DNA of 63,281 bases, filler included, from Dimorphilus gyrociliatus (Eukaryota > Animalia > Annelida), in the NCBI GenBank assembly GCA_904063045.1. It is 7 parts of 7 records of this genome, joined end to end, with 100 filler letters (N's around TTAATTAATTAA, not from the genome) between each part and the next. Parts side by side here need not be neighbours in the genome. Positions count along the whole stretch, not along the records: positions 55,383 to 61,259 come from CAJFCJ010000322.1; positions 61,360 to 63,281 come from CAJFCJ010000342.1; 5 more parts are not named here. The stretch is one strand, 5' to 3'. Below are positions 58,496 to 63,281 of the stretch, one piece after another. The notes beneath the pieces were generated by a model. It saw nothing but the letters and a program-made list of their open reading frames with translations. It searched no databases and was not told the origin of the DNA. Positions within the stretch are counted from its first letter, which is position 1, and each line of letters opens with the position of its first letter. Made by a program: the position numbers and the translations under genes.

Positions 58496-61259
58496 TTAAC
58501 AGAAAAATTGCTTTCTCTTTTGGAGAATTTTCCTAACAACAGTACCATAATTATAAATATCTCTTACTTCAGTTATTGGTGTTTTTATACAAGGATCAAC
58601 AGAAATGAGGTAGGCATTATGCCTTTTCTAGAGAGAGAGAAATCAACAAGGTTTTAACATTTTTAATAATAAAATTTCATACCTCATAAACAATTGAGTT
58701 TAAATTAGGAGTGTTTTTCAATGATAATTCTCTTTCATGAAGATAATTTATGACCAATAGAATTTTTAAACAAAATTTCAAATAATTGAAATTCTCATAA
58801 AAATTTTTACAAATAATTTCATGGCATAATTGTTTTTCTTCACAAACAATAGACATGGAGTGCTTTTTTGCAGTTTTTACTAGCTCTATTACTTTTGAAT
58901 TGGAGAAATTAGAGAAATGGAATTTTCTTATGATGTAAAAAAATGGGTTGTATTTACATTTTTTACACCACAGTTCACCAATACTTTTCCTTAATTCCAG
59001 CCTTGCATTCAGAATTTTTTCCCTCCTCCTTTGAATTGATAGGAAAATTTCATCAATTAATAAAATGATCAAGTTCAGTAGCGATTTCAAATATACAAAT
59101 GTTGGTACTATTGTATCAGAGTCAATTCTATTCTCAAATTTATCAAACACCATAAGAAAGCCTATTGAATTACATAAAATTAAAAATTGTGGAAAAAAAC
59201 TTTTACATGTCAAACCTAAAATTACTAAAGGAAGTGAACTGAACACATTTACAAGAAAGATAGTACAAACATTTAAATATAATTTAATAGATTGGCAAGA
59301 AATGTCTATATCACTACCAATTTTTTTTGATAAAGTTTTTACATAAAATGTAATTTTTAAGTATAAAAATGCAATCATTATTGCTATTATTGGATTGAAA
59401 AAACAGTAGGAAAGAATGAAGAATATCTTAATATTTCTATCAACATTTCTATTTGCAATATGAGTGCATACTGATGATTTTTTTTGAGTTGTCTGAAAAA
59501 AAAATTAGTTGTAAATATTTGGATGACTAAGTATGTTCAACACTATCTACTATATCTAGAGCATATGAAAAACTTGACATGATTACTGTAAAACAGAAAA
59601 TGAAACCAAAAGTGAATTTTGTATTCTTTTTCAGAAAACTTTTATTATTAATACAACAAATTGTTTCATATCTGTCTAGTGTTATGAAGAGTAAAGTTAA
59701 AGATGAAATATAGAAGGATGATGTCACTAGTATTCCCAGAAAATGGCAAAAATTGCTGTTCTTCCAACTGTACTCTGATTCTATAAAGATTCCCTTAAAG
59801 TATACATCAACACTAGAAATTGAGAGAATATATATAGAAATTAATAATAATGCAATGCTCAATAAGATATTAAGATATTTAAAAGATATTTCTGATTTTG
59901 AAAATAAATAGATAGCAATGACACTTAATAAAACACCAAAAGTGCCAAAAATCCAAAATTCAATAATAATAGTTTTTAAATTTAAAATATTTTTACAATG
60001 TTTTAAAATTTTATATCTAAATTCACATATAACATTAGTAGTCAACTTTTTCCATACAAAGCAGCAATGTTTATAAGAATCAACTTGAATTACTTGAATA
60101 TTTTTTAAGTTATTAATTAGGTCAGTAAAATTTTCCATTCTTAAGTAAACATTATTAATTGTTAGAACTTTCAAATTATCCAATAAATTAAATGCTTGAT
60201 TTTCAACTATTTTCAAAGGACTATTATCAAGTTTAAATATTTTAAGATTTTTTAAATTTTTGAAAAATACTTGTGACAAGTGATTGAGTTTAGTTGAAGA
60301 AAATTCTAAATATTTTAAATTTGTACAATTTAATTGAATTAAAAATGATAATGAATTTGCAGTTGATTTTGATATTGTTAAACTTTGCAATAAATATAAA
60401 TTTGAAATAAAAACTCTATTAATTTCCATTTTAGTATTTTTGATATATAAATATACTAAATTTGGATAGAATTCTGTCAATGTATAATTTAAATTAAAAC
60501 CATTTTCAATATGTAAGGAGTGAAGAGTATTGGATGATTGTTGAAAAATTAATGGAATTGTTCCATTCATTTTTATTTCAGTAAAATATTCAAGTGAAAA
60601 ATTGTTTTCAATATTTAGATGATTAATAAAATTACATTCTAAATGAAAATATCTAGTTTGTTTGCAATTTGTATTGACATCTCCATTAATATAATTGGGT
60701 AAATGACAATTTAGTTCATCGCTTCCACCTATGCAGTTGATTTCTCCATTACAAACATTTTCAAGTTTTGTATAAATTGTTTCATTCCAACATTTAAAAT
60801 AAAATCTTGGAATAAAATTGTCTACAATAAGTGATATTTAAATAGATAAATTGGTTCTATGGAATTATTGTTCATTTCCCAACCACAATCAACTTCATCA
60901 TCTCCCAAGTAACAGTGTTTGATTCCATCACAAACTTGTTCAATTGATATGCAAAAATCATTTGCATGGCATAAATATTCACCTACTTTGCATTTTGTTG
61001 TTAAGCATTTCTCTGAATGTATAAATAAATTTGTTATTGAAATCCCCATTGAGCCAACTCTATAGTAGCATTCATATGAATCTTTTGAAAATGTATATCT
61101 ATCGTTTTCATCTTTATCATCACAATCTTTTTTTCCATCATTAATCAAGTAATTTGGAAGACAAAAATTATTGCATTCAAATTGAGTATTGTTGTTGCAG
61201 GCTGAACATAAAAAATTGTACAAAGATTAAGAAAATAGTTTTCAATAGATTATCTTTTT
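58496..61259 (-). CDS. Second GRL101/RXFP-like GPCR (LDLa x3+, LRR, 7TM, kinase-like tail), 5'-truncated
   Basis: LDLa motifs at 61223-60822 and ~60790-60710; LRRs and hinge DSYKHCCF in 60570-59527; TM3 ITLDRY; TM5-7 in 59378-59030; last exon 58627-58496 after a GTATG...CTAG intron. Confidence 0.85.
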
Positions 61260-61359
61260 NNNNNNNNNNNNNNNNNNNNNNNNNNNNNNNNNNNNNNNNN
61301 NNNTTAATTAATTAANNNNNNNNNNNNNNNNNNNNNNNNNNNNNNNNNNNNNNNNNNNN
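61260..61359. other. Artificial contig spacer
   Basis: 44N-TTAATTAATTAA-44N. Confidence 0.99.
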
Positions 61360-61732
61360 AAAATACTCTCTGGTCTAAATTTACAATTATTTATTTTCAT
61401 ATCTAATTCATAAGAAATATCACTTAATACATCTTCACAATAACTTTTATAAACTCTATTAAAATATTTATTTTCATATTCTTTTGTTATTTCAAATTCA
61501 TTATTATATTTATTTTGTATTAAAATAATAGAAATAGTTAAAGTTTTATAAAATGTAATTCTTTTAGTTTCAGTTGTAATAACTAATTTATTATTATTGT
61601 ATAGTTGATAGGAAATAAGATAAGTAGAAAACAAAGTACTTGAAAAATTATAAGTTGATTTATTTCAAATTTGTTATTTTTTGTAGAATAAATTAAAGTA
61701 CCTGATTTATTTACAATTAATAACAAATTCAT
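61360..61732 (-). CDS. TRS23: TRAPP subunit Trs23/sybindin-like; one frameshift at ~61645; 3' end at the contig edge
   Basis: ACCCCTAATG start; MNLLLIVNKSGTLIYS (cf. IINK.GGLIY), NQLII.SSTLFS...I.YQL, VYKSY..DVL....YELDM.I.NC.F. Confidence 0.72.
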
Positions 61733-61759
61733 TAGGGGTATTAAATTTATATATTCTAT

Positions 61760-62120
61760 ATTAATTTATATTAATAAATATTTAATATAAATTTTTATAA
61801 ATATTTTTTTATATTAATTTATATATATTTGATATACATATTTGATATATATTCTATATTAATTTATACATTTATATATTCTATATTAATTTATATATTT
61901 GATTTATAAATTTTTATATAACTTTATAAATATTCTATATTCATACATATATTATATTTTTTTATATTAATTTATTGAGGGTATTGTTCTTTTTTATTTA
62001 TTTATTTATTTATATAACTTTATATACATTTTTATATTAATATATATATTTATATTTTTTTATGTTAATTTGTATTTTTCAGGTATATTATTTTTTTATA
62101 CTATTTAATTCGTAAATTAT
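61760..62120. repeat. AT-only low-complexity region with ATATTCTATATTAATTTATA repeats
   Basis: Motif recurs at ~61750, 61850 and 61877. Confidence 0.55.
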
Positions 62121-62132
62121 TTTTAAAATTTA

Positions 62133-62858
62133 ATGATTAACCACGATTCGTACCTTCCAATATCTATTCTAATTTCTATCATTTCTTTAATTATTCAACT
62201 TTTACATTTAATTTCTCTTGTTGATTATACAAAAGAATTTAGTGGAAATTTGACAATTCCTGATATAGTAACTAATATATTTCTATTATCTTCGATTAGC
62301 TGTTCAGTTGTTCTTTCACTTCCTTTGATTTCTAAACTATTAAAAGATATTTTAACTTCTAAAAAGTCTAAAAAATTCGATGATTTTATTTTAACTATAA
62401 CAACAATTATTGTTTCATTAGGTCATTTATCTTTATTATTATCTTTATTTAAGTATATAGAAATTGATTTTTATAGTATATCTCTTATATTCTATCATAT
62501 ACTTTCTGTTATTTCATATAGGATTGATAAAAACAAACTATTAATTCCAAAACTAATTATTTCATTATCTACATTTCTTATGAGACCTAACCTAAAAAGT
62601 TTAATTCTTATTCTTATTTGTAATTTAAATACTTATTTTATAGAACGTATTACTAGGAAGAACAAACTTTATGTAATTTTAGGTATTTTAATGCTGTTTT
62701 GTAGTGCTGTATTTTCTATAATATTTAATAATTTAGGTGTTATTAGGTATATTAAAGACAAGGAGAACTTGTTTGTTAGCTTTTATAATGCAATTTGTAA
62801 ATTTTTAGTTGGTAGTTTTATCGGTGTTTTAGTAAAAAATTGTGAAATAAAAGATTAG
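62133..62858 (+). CDS. Multi-pass membrane protein of unknown family
   Basis: Intact 241-aa intronless ORF with about 7 hydrophobic segments. Confidence 0.65.
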   Translation: MINHDSYLPISILISIISLIIQLLHLISLVDYTKEFSGNLTIPDIVTNIFLLSSISCSVVLSLPLISKLLKDILTSKKSKKFDDFILTITTIIVSLGHLSLLLSLFKYIEIDFYSISLIFYHILSVISYRIDKNKLLIPKLIISLSTFLMRPNLKSLILILICNLNTYFIERITRKNKLYVILGILMLFCSAVFSIIFNNLGVIRYIKDKENLFVSFYNAICKFLVGSFIGVLVKNCEIKD

Positions 62859-63281
62859 TTATTGTGAAGTTTATATTCTTATTAATTATTTTTTAATAAA
62901 GATTATATTTATTTAATAACAAAATGTCATATAAAAAATATATATTAAAAAATTAACAATATAAGGTAAAATTTACTTTGGGTCCCTTAAAGTTGAATTA
63001 TAGTGTCCTTAATGATATTAATACATAGAGAACTTTATGAGAATACAGTTTGTCTTAAAGGTTTTTTGTTTTGGCTTATGGATTCGAATATACTGAAAAA
63101 AGCATAAATGTAAAATAGACACGTTTTTGGCTATTCATCATAGAAGAAATTGGTTTATTTCATCTTTGACATCAATAAAACCTTATGAAAATAAACTGTA
63201 TGTTCGTATTGGGGCTGTTTTGGCTGGAATCAAGGCCCACTTAAAAAGTGTTTTTTTCTATTTATGAATGGTGAGCTAAGA

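Overview
The window is not one locus. It is seven contigs joined by artificial 100-bp spacers (44N-TTAATTAATTAA-44N): A 1-16665, B 16766-26288, C 26389-41951, D 42052-48503, E 48604-55282, F 55383-61259, G 61360-63281. They come from two eukaryotes. A, C, E and F are from an AT-rich invertebrate animal with short introns and share repeat families. They carry a BEL/Pao remnant, LRR genes, tRNA-Leu(UAA), two LDLa-LRR class A GPCRs, F-type lectin/SRCR exons, a polycystin 3' end, a frameshifted actin, a Gypsy element with env, nested Mutator-like elements and TTAGGG-bearing MITEs. B, D and G look microsporidian: intronless, tightly packed genes with CCC motifs just before the ATG. They carry V-ATPase c'' and G, eIF3i, Grx, Dbf4, SRP68-like, Trs23-like, a polar-tube-protein-1-like gene and a complete Merlin transposon. 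The best novelty candidates are: (1) a Ty3/Gypsy element with a herpes-gB/chuvirus-like class III fusion env plus a second aspartic protease after integrase; (2) two paralogous LDLa-LRR GPCRs whose cytoplasmic tails look like a truncated pseudokinase; (3) two Mutator-like elements, nested in opposite orientation, both flanked by the identical 9-bp target GTATTATAT; (4) a telomere-repeat MITE family sharing the Mutator terminal motif. Many single-base frameshifts, some in essential genes, suggest indel-prone assembly. All family calls come from motif recognition by eye; no searches were run.
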